From assembly GCA_964016885.1 (NCBI GenBank), contig OZ024743.1, forward strand, positions 334,180,001-334,244,000: DNA of 64,000 nucleotides. The letters run 5' to 3'. This stretch comes from Eledone cirrhosa (Eukaryota). A program made the position numbers and the translations under genes. Each line of letters starts with the position of its first letter. The stretch's first letter is position 1. Below, piece after piece: positions 24,891 through 39,470 of this stretch. The notes beneath the pieces are model-generated. The model had not been told where the DNA came from, ran no database searches, and was given only the letters and a program-made list of their open reading frames with translations.

Positions 24891-27524
24891 GATTCTTCAT
24901 CGCTATCTTTTTCTCATTTCTCCCCTCTCTTTCAATCCTTCTCTAGAAGAAATCTGCTGTATTCAGACCTGGAGAGGAGATGGGCTCCGCCAAGCTTAAA
25001 ATTTCCTAGAAACGCCGTATGTCAATACGGCACCCCTACGACTCCATCAGGAGTTACGGGATCATTGATACATGTATACTTAGCAAGAGAGAACAACATC
25101 CACGCGTTTAACACAACAGAATGCTGCTTGGGAACACCGGAACCTGTGCAATAATAACGATTTAACACAAACAATGGATCAAATTGAGAAACATAAAAAA
25201 AAAATGTTAAAATATGTAAAAAATGTAAGAAAATATTTGTAAAATTTATTGACCATTTATTGATTGTTTCTCATATAGTTAATGCATTAATTACAAATGT
25301 TCATAGTAGTTGTTGATCTGATATAACATATAAACAAGTTATTGGTGCCTGATTCATAAAATACCAGACCGATTCCGCCCACTTCATCTACAGAGATGAT
25401 AAACAAAACAAAAAAAAAGCGTATTATCTAACCCGAAGTTACTATGAGAATGGGTACCTTGGATTTAATTCATAGAAGTAGGAAAAATGACGTGTGCAAA
25501 ATTGGACAACACCAGGGCCAAGTAAACCAGTATCCTATAAAAATGATGAAAGTCTAAATAAAGAGCTGAACCGTACTCCTTAAGTTTCATATTTAAAACA
25601 GATCTGATATAAAGCGACACGGAATGAATATGCTTATATTTTGTACAGATATTTTACACTGATATTCGGCCCTTTACTGTTGTATATTTTGGAAGTAAAA
25701 CATCCCGGATTTAAACGTAATAGTAAAACATCCAATATTAAGTTGGATAATTATCCAACTTAAGAAAATTCATACTTATTGCCCCCCAAATATCAGAAAT
25801 AGAAACAGGCCACTTAAAAGAAAAACACACAAGGAAATCACAAATAACATACACACGAAAAGCAGTAAAAATATAAACTTTGAGAACGTAAACACAAATA
25901 AATGAAAGTAACAACATCTAAACTACAAAGACCTACCGAATACTAACCTACAATGAGCGAACCAACACAAGAAAATAGAAGGTATAGAACGGGTATACTT
26001 CGGCTTACGTTTTTTCGAGTTTCGCCATTTTTGAAGTTACAGCGTTTTTTTAAATATCACATGGAAAGATGAACCCAGTGTTATGTCGATTGACTGAAAT
26101 TTACGTCGGTCTGCCAAAAATTCTAAACCATAAAAAACACTATATATGTATATATATAAATAATAATCAGTATGAGGAAAATTTTGTAGATATGTGAAGA
26201 AATGTGGTTTAATTGTTAGGGTGTTCGGCACAGGATCATGCGTTTGTGAGGTAGTTTTCCCACATCGTATCATGGCCTTTATTTTACATTGCTCCAGTTC
26301 AAGCAGCTGGCAACAATGAGTGTACTAGTATTTCAAAAGACCAGCCTTGTCAAAAACTGTGTCATGCTTAATCTCCCTGAGAATTCCGTTAAGTGTACAC
26401 GTGTTTGTGGAATGCTCAGTCACTCGCACGTTAATTTCATGAACATGCTGTTCAGTTGATGAAACAACTGAAACACCACATCGTCGCAACCGGCGGAGGT
26501 CCAATAACAACAATAGGAAAGTCTTACTGAGTGGCAATCTGTGACTGAAAATAATTAAATTAAAGAATTGAAAGCAAGAGAACTTTCTATGGACAATCGA
26601 AGGTACCTCCCCAATGAAGAATAACATTTTAAGATAAAACATCAACGTTCGGCTACCAGCCTAAGCTCTGAAGGCCGCCAAACCAAAGTGGGCAAACAGT
26701 CCCAGTATTGGCCCGTCTCTGATAGGTTTATGGTTGAGCCTGTAGCAGTGGAAACTTCAGGTGTTCTTGCCCCCCCCCCCCCGACCACATATCTACTCAC
26801 TGCTATCGGAGTGGAGTTGACCGTGCGAACCCAACGAGGTGGAGTGGTTGTTCCAGCACATCTCCCTCGCCATCTCCCGGAGCAATGTATTCTCCACCCT
26901 GTCGACCGGGACCCAGAGGTGGAGGGTAAGTTAGTTGGAGGTGGAGGATACTCATTCGGACGTCACTTTCTCTCTATTTCTATTTGTAGGAATAGCATGA
27001 ATTAAACATCAACAATAAAAACGCAAACTTAGCCTTCACGGAATTAGTGGAAACGGATACAACCTACAATGTCGATCCCCCAATTTCACTGACAAGGATT
27101 GAGTCGATCCGAGGTTATGGTAATTGACACACAAGGAGATCGAACTTGGGTCTTAACTATTGCAAAGCGAACGTCTTAACCATTCGCCCTCGGATGGAAC
27201 TAACTACATATTTATGCCCAATGGGTTCAATAAACGATCGTTTCGACAATGGGTAAACTTTATGTAATGGCTTGAGGTGCTAGAAATATTAACCAAATTT
27301 ACTTTATATCCCCCTGCCAACTTGAAAAAGAATGACATCTAAAACTACATTGAATAATGTAGTAGTCGGTATATGATGCTCGAAAAATGGCGATATGATT
27401 TAAATGCTTTTGATCATGAGTTTGTTTGTTTAAACCGGGCTTGAGGCTAAACAATAACAAAAATAGTAGCAAATATAATTATTGTATTGTCAGATACAAT
27501 TGCCATTTTCTCTGTCTGTCAACT

Positions 27525-29005
27525 GATAATGGTTTCTGATTTAGGCACAAAGCCAGCAGTTTGGGGGAGGGGAAAGTCGATTAAATCGATCCCAGTGTCA
27601 TTATCAATAATAATAATAAGGTTTTAATGATCACTGGTACTTTATTAATCTCACCTATATTTCATAAAATACATTAGAAGGCAGCACCCCCATCTCTACC
27701 CTCACCTTCCTCTTCAATGATAAAGGTTTTTGATTTAGGCACAAGGCCAACAAATTTTTTGGAGAAGGGAAAGTCAATTAAATCGACCCTAGTGCGTTAC
27801 TGGTACTTTATTTTATAGACATGAAAAGCAAAACTCACCTCAGCGGGATTTGAACTCAGAACGTAAAGGGACGTAACTATATGCTGCAAAGTATATTGTC
27901 CAACGCTCTACCGATTACAGCCCATCCACCGCCTTTGTCAATCTAATGATGATGACAGCCATCACCATAGCAATTATAGTCATGCGATTTTTACTATACA
28001 CGAAACCTACAAATTCTATGGAAGGACAAGCGGATTAAAATGTTAAAATTAGTCGACTGGTACTTAGTTCATAATTAATTGTTTCTACTTTAGGCACAAG
28101 GCTAGTAATTACCCAGTACATTACTGGTACTTTATTTTATCGACCCCGTAAGGATGAAAGGCAAAGTTAACCTCGGCGGGATTTGAACTCAGAATGGCAA
28201 GGGCCGTAACTCTATGCGTCAAAGCATGGCGTCCGACCCTCTACCGATACTGCCAATCCACCGCCCCTTAGTTCATAATTAATGGAAGTATACTACCAAC
28301 ATGGGCACAAAAGTTGAAATATTTTTTCTGAAGTTGATAATATTGAAATCAAGTTTTCACTGGTTTATAACTTATCAACACAAGCAGAATTTGAACTCAG
28401 AATGTTACGTAAGGTAACAACATACAAACCAACCAATCAACCAACCACGATATTAATAATTTTGGAGGAGGGGAAAGTCGATTAAATCGACGCCAGTACG
28501 TTACTGGTACCTTATTTTATCGACTCCGTAAGGATGAAAGGCAAAGTTAACCTCGGCGGGATTTGAACTCAGGTCATAAATGGCCGTATCTCTATGCTGC
28601 AAAGCATGGTATCCGACCCTCTACCGATACTGCCAATCCACCGCCCTAACCATGATATTAATAATTGTTTCTACTTTTGGCACAAGGCCAGCAATTATTC
28701 CAGCGGATTACTGGTACTTTATTTTATCGACCCCGTAAGGATGAAAGGCAAAGTTAACCATGATATTAATAATGCTATCAAGGAAACAATATGAAAAATA
28801 GGATTATGAATAGCATTTTATACAGTTTTAATGATATTAATGAAACAGTTCAAACAAAGAATTGACTATTGATAATGGTTTCTGATTTAGGCACAAGGCC
28901 AACAATTTTGAGGGAGAGGAAAGTCAATCAAATCGATCCCAGTGCATTAATGGTGCTTTATTTTATCGACCACGGAAGGATGAAAGGCAAAGCTAACCTC
29001 TATTC
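27525..29005 (-). mobile_element. Cluster of six to seven same-orientation Nin-domain SINE copies and fragments
   Basis: Copies at ~27525, 27720, 28078, 28455, 28660, 28870. Confidence 0.8.
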
Positions 29006-29073
29006 ACTATTGATAACGATATTTTGATTGTAGGTGTAGCTCAGAGAGTTGATTTGAATATATTTCATTTAAG

Positions 29074-29520
29074 CAGGGTGTCCGAAATATATCTATACAC
29101 ATTCTGTCCCTTATTAATAGTCAATCACAAAGTGTAAAAGAACCCGTGTGTACCATTTTACAAAGAAATTTATTAAATATTGCTGTATGAAGTCTTTTTC
29201 TTTGTACCAAGGAGTTTTGTTTGTTTTGCTTGTACCAACAGTTTGTACGAGGTTTTTTTCTTTTTCATAAATATATGGGTCCCATCTAAAATGAATGCAC
29301 AGGAGAAAGCAGAGTGTATGACTAGTTTATGGAAACTAAAGCAGATACACAATTTAAAAGCAAAACTAACAGCTGATATTGAACGAATTGATGTGGAAAT
29401 ATATGGCAGTGTACATAGCAGTATTTCACCTCCCAACTGGATGACTTTGTGACATACTAATGGTGTTCCTCTCAAATGTTTGCAGTGTTCTTACATAATA
29501 AAAACAACCTTGGAAAATAC
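29074..29520 (+). mobile_element. Degenerate Tc1/mariner deletion derivative
   Basis: Begins CAGGGTGTCC (typical TIR start); MNAQEKAEC resembles a transposase N-terminus fused to LKAKLTADIERID...TNG, a transposase C-terminal helix. Confidence 0.45.
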
Positions 29521-29697
29521 AGATTCTAAAAGATCTTGAAAAAGAATCCTACTTGAGTAGTTAGACATTTCACTAAAGGATCAAGTTGCACAGATAATTA
29601 TCGGACACACATACAGTCACACGCGCACACACGCACACACGCACACACGCGCGCATACAATATATATATATATATATATAAGTACACACACACACCC

Positions 29698-29774
<77 letters not shown>

Positions 29775-29848
29775 CATATATACATGTATATATGTATATA
29801 TTATACATATATATACACACACATATATATATATGTATATATATATAT

Positions 29849-29908
<60 letters not shown>

Positions 29909-30052
29909 ATATATACATGTATATATATATATATATATATACAAAATATTATGGTTCTTTATATATATATATATATAAAGAACCATAATATTTTGTACAC
30001 ATGATACTGTACATTTTGTGTACAAAATATTGTTTCTCAAACTATATATGGT

Positions 30053-30140
<88 letters not shown>

Positions 30141-30272
30141 TCTCTCTGTCTCTCTCTCTATGCATATATCTTTTACTTTGAATTATTGATGCTCTGGGCC
30201 AAGGTCCATTGAGCCTATTTTTATTGAGAAACATAATTATATATATTATATATCTTCTGATACCTTAACATA

Positions 30273-30363
<91 letters not shown>

Positions 30364-30405
30364 ATGTATATATGTATATATGTATATAATGTATATATGT
30401 ATATA

Positions 30406-30456
<51 letters not shown>

Positions 30457-30482
30457 GTATATATATATATAATGTATATATT

Positions 30483-30515
<33 letters not shown>

Positions 30516-30536
30516 ATATAATGTATATATATAATG

Positions 30537-30571
<35 letters not shown>

Positions 30572-30627
30572 ATATAATGTATATATATAATGTATATATA
30601 TATATATATATATATAAACACATTATA

Positions 30628-30668
<41 letters not shown>

Positions 30669-31046
30669 GCTTCACCCTTTTTTTTGTAAAATTTAGCAAA
30701 GATTATACTTACCTGTTTGTCATGATGTATCCTACTTCACCACAACACGATGTAAACATTTTATTATTACTAATTTCTTTGTTACTTTTTATCATTCAAA
30801 ACTTATAAAATTGTTTACGTTAAATGAATATAGGTAATATTTTCTCTTTGAGGTAAAATGAAAGAAAAGTGTTTGTATATATGTATATATATGTATAAAT
30901 TAATTTTGAGTATATGTTGGTTGTTTACCGACACCTTAGTATGCAGATTGGACCACTCGACGAAGTACTCAGGTTGGTTTGTTTACTCCGGAGTAATGTA
31001 AAATAATTAAGTCAAACATGTAAAATTTGGCTTCGTTTATTATAAA

Positions 31047-31835
31047 CTAGCAGAATGGCCCGGCGTTGCTCGGGATTTGCTATAGGGTTCTTATATATTT
31101 GATATATATTTATCCTTATCAAACCTCGTGAAATAAATACGTTTGTTTATATTTTGTTATTGTGTATGCAAAAATATCTGTCCATAAATATATAATTATA
31201 TATATATATATATATTAAAATAACAGACTAAAGTTTAAGCAAAGAATCACTGCTTTCACCCTTAACGGGATATTCTACCTAAAAGCAGTATGAAGTACAT
31301 ACACTAAGACTAATTGATGTAATCTTTGGCCTTGTTTGTTTATATTTTGTTTTTGTGTATGCAAATATATCTGTACACGAATATCTATATTAAAATAACA
31401 TATTAATGTTTAAGTAAAGAATCGCTGCTTTCAACCTTAACGGGATCTTCTTAAACTAAAAAAATCAATCTGGAAAACAGGAAGACGATACTTTGGTTCG
31501 TGAAGACGTTCCCTGGCATAAGAATATATATACACACACACACTGATCGCGTCATAATGGCGTAATGCAGACAGTCAGGCATACAGACAGATATTATGAA
31601 GGCGCGACGTCATATCTATGTATCTATCTAAAAAGAGAAAGACTAAGAGAAAGAGAAAGAGATCGCTAAATCGCCTAATGCGGTCCCTAGGGCATTGAAA
31701 ATTTGAATATTTTTTGCTCAAAACACTTCTGGGGTCATACCAGTTACATGTATAAAGTTTGAAAAAAACTGGTTGGGTACTTCTCGAGTTTTAGGGAAAC
31801 AGACACACAGCCATCCTCTGTTTTATATATATAGA
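31047..31835 (-). mobile_element. Non-autonomous Helitron (with PLE-terminus insertions)
   Basis: Minus strand starts TCTATATATATAAAACAGAG and ends with hairpin CCCG-AGCAACGC-CGGG followed by CCATTCTG-CTAG. Confidence 0.8.
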
Positions 31836-31872
31836 CTAGCAGTAAACCACGCGATGGGCGGTTTTCTTCTAG

Positions 31873-32190
31873 TCTATATATCTAAAACAGAGAATGTCTG
31901 TCTGTCTGTCAGCTCACTAAAACTTGAGAACCACCCAACCGATTGTTTTCAAACTTTAGACATGTAATACTTATGGTCCTGTGAGTGTTTTGAGCAAACA
32001 TTATTTCAAATTTTCAATGCCCTAGGGACCGCATTAGGCGATTTAGCGATCTCTTTCTCTTTCTCTTAGTCTTTCTCTTTTTAGATAGATACATAGATAT
32101 GACGTCGCGCCTTCATAATATCTGTCTGTATGCCTGATTGTCTGCATTACGCCATTATGACGCGATCAGTGTGTGTGTGTATATATATAT
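31873..32190 (+). mobile_element. Second Helitron 5' portion, inverted relative to 31047-31835
   Basis: Starts TCTATATATCTAAAACAGAG; 32005-32185 is the near-perfect reverse complement of ~31525-31707. Confidence 0.75.
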
Positions 32191-32370
32191 GTATCGTAAT
32201 GCAGACAGCAAGACATAGCTTTCCTTCCCCTCTTCCAGCGTCTCTCTCTCTCCCTCCCGCTATCCCCCTCTTGTAGTCTGTCTCTTTCTTTCACTCTCAC
32301 TCTCTCTCTACGCGTCGGACAGACAGACAGAAAAATTGCTGGTTATATATTATAAGGAGATTATAGATAT

Positions 32371-32425
32371 ACTGCTATATATATTTCGGTGACAGCCATC
32401 ATTGGCTGTGGCCTCTTCAGGCAGT
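32371..32425 (-). ncRNA. Type I hammerhead ribozyme (family G)
   Basis: actgc CTGAAGA ggccacagcca-atga-tggctgtcacc GAAA tatata TA gcagt; 5-bp stem I, long stem II, palindromic stem III. Confidence 0.85.
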
Positions 32426-33258
32426 CCGAATTGGTGTGGGAAAGACAGGTACACATGTTGTTGAAGTGTGTTTTACTCCGTCAATACATCGATATGTCCA
32501 GCTCCTGGTTGTGTTGTTATTTCTCTGAGGAACTGGATATATATATTTCAAGTTATATATATATAATTGGATAAACAAGAGAGATGAACACTAGTATAAA
32601 CATACATGCGTTCGAATCGTAGGGACCAAATGTGCTAGGGTGAAAAAAAATACTAACTACAGCAATATGGTTTGTTATCCTTAACTTTAAATATTATCAG
32701 GCATTTTGCCCAATATAGGTCTGTTAATTTTCTTAATTTTTCTTAATTTAATATTTAAAGTTAAGGATAACAAACCATATTGCTGTAGTTAGTATCTTTT
32801 AACCCTAGCAAATTTGGTCCTTACGATTCGAACACATGTATGTTTATACTAGTGTTCTCTTTTGTTTATTCAATTATATTGTACGGCTCGGAAAAGCTTT
32901 TTTCTTAGAGCTATTTAATTGTAAGAGACTTCTCTGAGTTCTTAACTCTCTCTCTCTCTCTATATATATATATACATATACAAGTTTGTTTTGATACAGC
33001 GAGCGGAGTTTGAAATTTATTATAAATATAAGCTGTCGCTGTATTTTTGACTAAAGAACTTTTAACCTGATAGTAGGGTTTAAAACCCTCTAAAAATGGA
33101 AAAGGATGAGTATTGACGTATATGGGAGACGATCCCACATCTTTGGTTATCCCGACCACAGTGCTACCATTATTACACCAACACATCACCTGTCCCATGT
33201 CATTCAAATTAGAAGCTATATATTCATAGCAAGTATATATATATATATATAAGATTAA

Positions 33259-33309
33259 AGTTTAAGCAAAGAATCACTGCTTTCACCCTTAACGGGATCT
33301 TCTGAAACT
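33259..33309 (-). ncRNA. Hammerhead-like motif with CAGAAGA core (family H); second full copy 53203-53253 (+), fragments ~31230, 31410, 44710
   Basis: agttt CAGAAGA tccc-gttaa-gggt GAAAGCA gtgattctt TGCTT aaact. Confidence 0.7.
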
Positions 33310-33347
33310 AGCCCTCTTTTCATTTTAGTCTTCACATTTATTATTAT

Positions 33348-33411
<64 letters not shown>

Positions 33412-33593
33412 TTATACTGATACTTGGGGTAGTAGATTATGGTTATATTATAAAGAGTGGGACCCGACAGCTGAGCTCTTGCCGTTTCTACAGCTAGTTC
33501 CAGTACGGATCCTAAACTCTTTATTATATATATATATACATATATACATATATACATATATACATATATATATGTATATGTTTGTGAGCGGGT

Positions 33594-33661
<68 letters not shown>

Positions 33662-34199
33662 GTATATATACATATATATGCATATGTAAATATATATATG
33701 TGTACACATACACACACACATATACACACACACATATATATACCTGTGTGTGTATGTGTATGTGTGTGTGTGTCCGAATAAACGTTGAGACAGGTTTGTA
33801 TAATTACATAATTAAATTTATTGTTATGCACATTTCAGCAACGCTAGCGCTTTGTTTTTACTTGATCGTAACTTATGCCGGCATGGTTATACCAGGCAAT
33901 ATTTTTATTTGCGCAGAGCTTACACGAGTAAAGTTATAAAGTTGTTTATATGATTCAACGAGATACATACATCCATCATGCAAAATACTGTCTGATAAAT
34001 CATAGAACTAGTAGTAGTTTTATACAAGGAATATCAAATGTCAGTGTAGGATCGTTGTTGATAAGCTTTATCTAAATCCTTCTGATACTCTAACCTTTAA
34101 CCCTGAACGGAAAACTGGTAATTCACAACCCTGTAAACATAATAACCGAAGGCGGTAATAACACTTAATACAACGCTCTACACGGTATCTATGTTACGT

Positions 34200-34900
34200 C
34201 CAACATTCCTAAATCTTTCTTTGAAATTATTAATAGGATTTTTCGATCTGGGCATAATTATCATATATTAATCTATTGGCACACCATGAAAGTATCTTTC
34301 TGTACCTCATCTAACCTAGCTGATTATACAGCCTTCAGCAACCACCAAAAAATCTCGAAGCTGAACCCATCTAACAAAATTTATAATTGTACCTTGTGTA
34401 ATTATATCAACAATAGCAAATGTCATGATAATTTAACAAATGACATTTAGACCCATGTATCTAGCCTTAGCAGAACATCACTTAATAATGAATCTAACAA
34501 ACCGCCTGTTAGTACTATTAACACTAATTATGTGTGTAATTGTAGAATACCTAGGAAATGTCCTATTAATGTCTATTACTTTAGAAAAACAAACGTAGTA
34601 TACAAATGCACTGTTACTACTCCTAGTTCAAACAATTCCTCGTTTAAGACTTCCTACAATTCACTTATATTCCTTATACTCATTTAAGAAGAAGAAATTG
34701 AGTAACTATACTTCTTTAGCAGATTTCATCTCTACTTTAAAAAGTCTAAATCTAATTATAATCTACGAAGGTCTATTAAATACTCAGCTAAGTCATATAC
34801 CGAAGGTAGCCTAAATTCGTTTTGTCTTTCGCAAGCCTATAAAATCATTATATTCCCTTAACAACTCTTGAATCACAGGAACGAACTTTTCATTGCAGGT
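34200..34900 (+). mobile_element. Degenerate Penelope-like GIY-YIG region (CxC-type linker)
   Basis: HTMKVSFCTSSNL and CNCRIPRKCPIN...NVVYKCTV remnants; followed by a long AT-rich 3' region. Confidence 0.6.
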
Positions 34901-36534
34901 TTTTTAACCTTGTAGTATATTCATTTTTCTATAGAATCTTTGACCCTACATAATCTAAGCTAGTTTCCCACCCGGATCTTGCTCATACCTTTTCTACCTT
35001 TCGAATGTATCCATCTATCTTAAAACCTATCAGAGCAATTCTAACATAACCACAGTATTTTAGTTTTATTATTTCCTTCTCTATTCACTTAGTTCGTCTC
35101 TATCTATAATTTACTCTTGATATATTATTTCAAATGCTTCTATATATCATATCTATTGCCAATACTTCATCTATCCAGTTACATTCTATATTATCATCAC
35201 CCCCACTAACACAGTACTTCCAGATTAAATGATATCTTTGAATTTAATATTAGTCTTAATTGTACTGATATTTCCCCCCTTCCAAGTCTCATGCATAATT
35301 CATTATTGATATGATCAGTATTAAGTTATAAACTCAATTATACATTATACACTGAGTATTCCTATTGTCAATTATACACCCCTCTATTTACACCCTTAAG
35401 ATTCTTATATATTTCCTAGCAATGTCTCTTCTGTTTGTAATTTGATTTGAATTCCATTATCATTGTAGAATTGCCTTGACACTCTCCATGGAAACTAGTA
35501 CTATTATTTTTCTTATATTATTAGTAAATGTTATGTCTGATTTTACACACCCACCTCAAACTTCTAACCACAGCTTACATTATTATTAGCTATTTAGATA
35601 GAACCCAAACCCTTTCAACTTTCCTATTTAAACCTTCTTATTTGATTAATTCTACATTCTATATTCAGAACCTAAATATTATCTTTCATTATATCTTTAT
35701 ATATTAAAATCTATAACAAGTTATCTTTTATGGAGCTTTCTTGTGGCTATGTTCTTTCTGCATGTAAAATTCATATTTATGCACTTATATATGTATCTAT
35801 GTAGGTGTTTATATTATTAGTGTATATATCTCTCTCTATACACACACATATATGCATGTATCTGTATATATGTATATATGTATGTATGCATGTATGCTTA
35901 GTTTTATGTATGTAGTATTGTATGTAAGTAAGTTTTATATACATATATGCATACATACGTGAATACATATATACATTCATACATAACTTTATTTGTAAGC
36001 AGAGAGCTATATTGTAGAGTATATCATTGCCAAATAGTTTTATGCGAAGCTCTAATAGTGTTTATGTAGTTACAGGTGGAAGATATAAAAGATATTTTAA
36101 AGGAAAAAAATACAAAAAGATAGACGTAAACACAGACCACATCAAACCAAAGAAAGATAGAATAAGGTTTATACTTCATTTAATGCAATAGTTTCGGCGT
36201 TGCCACTGATTACCACACAGTTTAAAAGAGGGAATAAAGTTGTGTAAAACATGTGCAAAGAAAATTAGCTAAACTTCCCCAGAAAATAAAACAAGAAAAT
36301 AAAACAAAATGCACCGAAAACGTCCGTCCAGCCATATCGGCCGTATATGGCTTTATTTTTGTGCATATTTTTGCCCCAGAAAACATTTTAACTATTTTCT
36401 TTGCAATAACTATGTAATAATCGGTGGCAACGCCGAAACAATTGTATCACATTAAATGAGATAAGAACCTTATGCTATCTTTTTCTTTGGTTATATACAT
36501 ACATACATACATACATATATATATATATATATCA

Positions 36535-38597
36535 CAAAAGACCACAGCCACCCTGACCACCAGGGCAAGCGCCTTCTCTCACTTTTCCCACTCCTCAGTC
36601 TACAGGCGTATACTCAGAGTGGGCCTGTTCACTCGGACCAGACTCGCTACATTCACCCACCTTTCAACAAACTTACTAGAAGACAGTACTTGCCTCTCCA
36701 CCCTGATTTTCCTCTTTAAGTGAAACTTGAAAAAGTTAATCAGGGATTGGCCGGAGAGGAAAGTGTCCGTCTTCAACCCTTTCAACCTTGTCCACCACAC
36801 AATCTCTTTCGCCATGGCCACCAGGCAGATGAAAACTGCCTGCCCTTCCTCCTCTTTAAAGTAGGATGGCGGGGCTATCTGCACAATGGACTCAGTCGAT
36901 AACCGGATCCGCCCTACACGCGACAGCAGCTGTTCGACATACCTTCACAAGTCAGCAATCCTCGGGCACTGAACGAGTGCGTGCAGGACGGTTTCGTCGC
37001 CCTGCGCGCATCTCGGACAGGCTCGGCTGACAGCACCTCCGTGCCTGTAGAGCTTATCCCGAACTGGCACGCTCCCCGGTAGCACTGCCAGGCCAGGGAT
37101 TTCTGGAAGTTGTTCATAGGTCCCGGTTTGAAAGTTCTTTTGAAGAGAGCGAACGAACAGCTGATCGTCTTCGACGCCCAGGGTCTCCCCGAGAACGTCG
37201 TCGCTCTTTCCCTCCACTAGCCCTCTATAGAACGCCGAGGTGGATGTTCCACCGATACTAGGGCCCAGTCGGTAGAGGGCAGTGAGCGCTTGGAGACATT
37301 CCAGCTTCCAAGCGCTATCCCTCGGTCTTTTCCTGATCCAGGACTGCAGCTCCGTCAAGGAGACGAGCTGGGCAAAAGCGCGTCTGGCAAACGGCGACCA
37401 CACCTGTTCACCGTCAAGGAAGCACCAGAGATGTCGCAGCCTCAGCGCATGTTTGCGCATCATCAGTCACGGCATGCCTAGTCCTCCACGCAACGGGTGT
37501 TGACAGCAAATGGATCGTCTGACCATGGGAGCACGTCCCTTCCACAAAAAGCGGAAGAGAAGGCGCTCCATTTTGGTCAGAGTTGGGCGGGGGCAAGGTA
37601 CGACGGTCAGGCGGTAGCAGATGACGGACGCTATGTACGCATTCGCCACCTCCGCCCGACCTTTCAGAGACAGCCTCCTCTCGGCCCATTTCTGGGTGAG
37701 AGAGGCCACCCTGTTCGTCACCTCGCTCCAGTTTTTCTCCATCTGGAGGTCCGGACCGAACCAGGCCCGAGCAATTTAACCGGTCCTTCCGTCCAGCGCC
37801 CCACGACTTGTCGGACGGCATGGACTTGCCTCTCCAGGTGACGAGTTGCAAGCCCACCGACTTTTCCTGGTTTATATTTGCTCCTGTCACCACTTCGTGT
37901 GAGCGGTGCCGAGCATCTGGACGTGTTTGGTGCTCGAGACCACCACGGTGACGTCGTCGGCGTAAGCTGACACGGATCTCCCACATCCCAGTTCGCGTGG
38001 GACCCCCCCTCATCGTCTCCAATTTGCGTAGTAACGGCTCTAGGGCCAGTACGTACAAGAGGGACGAGCGGGGGCAACCCTTGCGGACCGAGAACATGAT
38101 GCTGAAAGGCTGCGACAGGTGACCATTCACCCTCACAATCGAGCAGATGTCGCTGTGAATCGCAGCGATCCAGACCCTAAAAACGGGCCCGAAGCTGGCC
38201 GCCTCGAGGACCGCAGCCAGGTACCAATGGACGACCCTATCAAATGCTTTAGATTGATCCAAGTTGATCAGGACCCCACCCGTCCAGGTTCCTTAACCAC
38301 CCTCTCTATGATGTATTGCATGAGATGGAGGTTGTCGTGGATGGATCTGTCCGGAATGGCGCATGTTTGCGCCTCTCCCACCAGATCACCGACGACAAGC
38401 GCCAATCTCTTTGCTAACCCCTTGATCAACATCTTAAACTCTGCATTTAGCAGAGTTATGGGCCGGAAGTTGTCTATAACGTCCCCCTTGTTCGGGTCTT
38501 TTCTCAGCAGCGCCACCGTTTCCCGGTTCACAAAACTGGGAATGCTCCCGTTCTGCTGCCAGTTGCAGTAGACGTCTGCCAAGAGGTCGCCGAACAA
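36535..38597 (-). mobile_element. 5'-truncated L1/Tx1-like LINE ORF2 (RT + C-terminal Cys motif), frameshifted
   Basis: NFRPITLLNAEFK, LDQSKAFDRVVH, VRKGCPRSSLLYVLALEPL, AYADDV, LSLKGRAEVAN, RGGLGMP, CPRCAQGDETVLHALVQCP; GC-rich; 3' end abuts (TA)n. Confidence 0.93.
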
Positions 38598-38599
38598 GA

Positions 38600-39470
38600 C
38601 TCAAAGAGTAATAACAATAATAATAATAATAATAATAATGCTGGGAACAGCAAGAACCCTCCGATACGTCCTGAATATCTGAGGCTGCAGGTAGTGGCTT
38701 GATATTCATTTCAACAAACTTTCCAGTTAACTAACATCAATGACTGAGACTCAAACAACAATAATAATAATAATAATAATAATAATAATTCAGAATTCAG
38801 AGATTTACAGACATGGAGCTGGTTAAAAAGAGGAGACCTTAAAAAGCTACAGAAAGAATGTTAATGGCTGCACAAGAGCAAACCCTCAGAATGAAGTGGG
38901 TGAAGCACCATATTGACAAGGAGGAGGCTAGCTCACTCTGTAGGATCTGTGGAGAGAGAGGAAACTGTCGCTCACATTGTATCCAAATGTAAAACACCTA
39001 ACCCAGACTCACTATAAAGGATGGAGGCACTATATAATTGGTGATTCACTGGCATTTATGCAAACTAAATAATTTACCACATTCTGAGAAGTGGTATGAG
39101 CATAAGCCAGAGTCGGTGATAGAAAACGATCAAGTGAAGGTGCTATGAGATTTCAGGATACAGACAAACAAGAAATTAGAACTCAATAGGTCTGACCTGG
39201 TGGTTTTTGACAAGGAAAAAAGATCATGGCTGATTGTAGATGTAGCCTGCCCCTTTGACACAAGAGTGCAAGAAAAGGAGAAGGAGAAAATTAACCGATA
39301 CCAGGATTCAAAGTGGGAATTAAAAAGGATTTGAGACTATCATGAGATCAAGGTTGTCTCGATTGTCATAGGAGCACTAGGTACTATCTCAAAGAGTTTT
39401 CAAGGATAGTTAAAGAACATTAATCCAGCCCCCTTTTCTGGAATACTTCAAAAGGCATGCTTGAGGGGTT
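38600..39470 (+). mobile_element. R4/Dong-like REL non-LTR fragments nested in (TAA)n
   Basis: LGTARTLRYVLNI* with (TAA)n tail at 38640-38790, then LMAAQEQTLR, CRICG, KWYEHKP, NRSDLVV, IVDVACPFD, EKINRYQD, VIGALG. Confidence 0.88.

Noticed and set aside
29173-29475. Host exon candidates on either strand
   Set aside because: Better explained as a decayed Tc1/mariner remnant; no convincing splice sites
33060-33110. CTGATAG plus hairpin as a hammerhead (also 52615-52655)
   Set aside because: Core does not fit CUGANGA and GAAA is not adjacent to the stem
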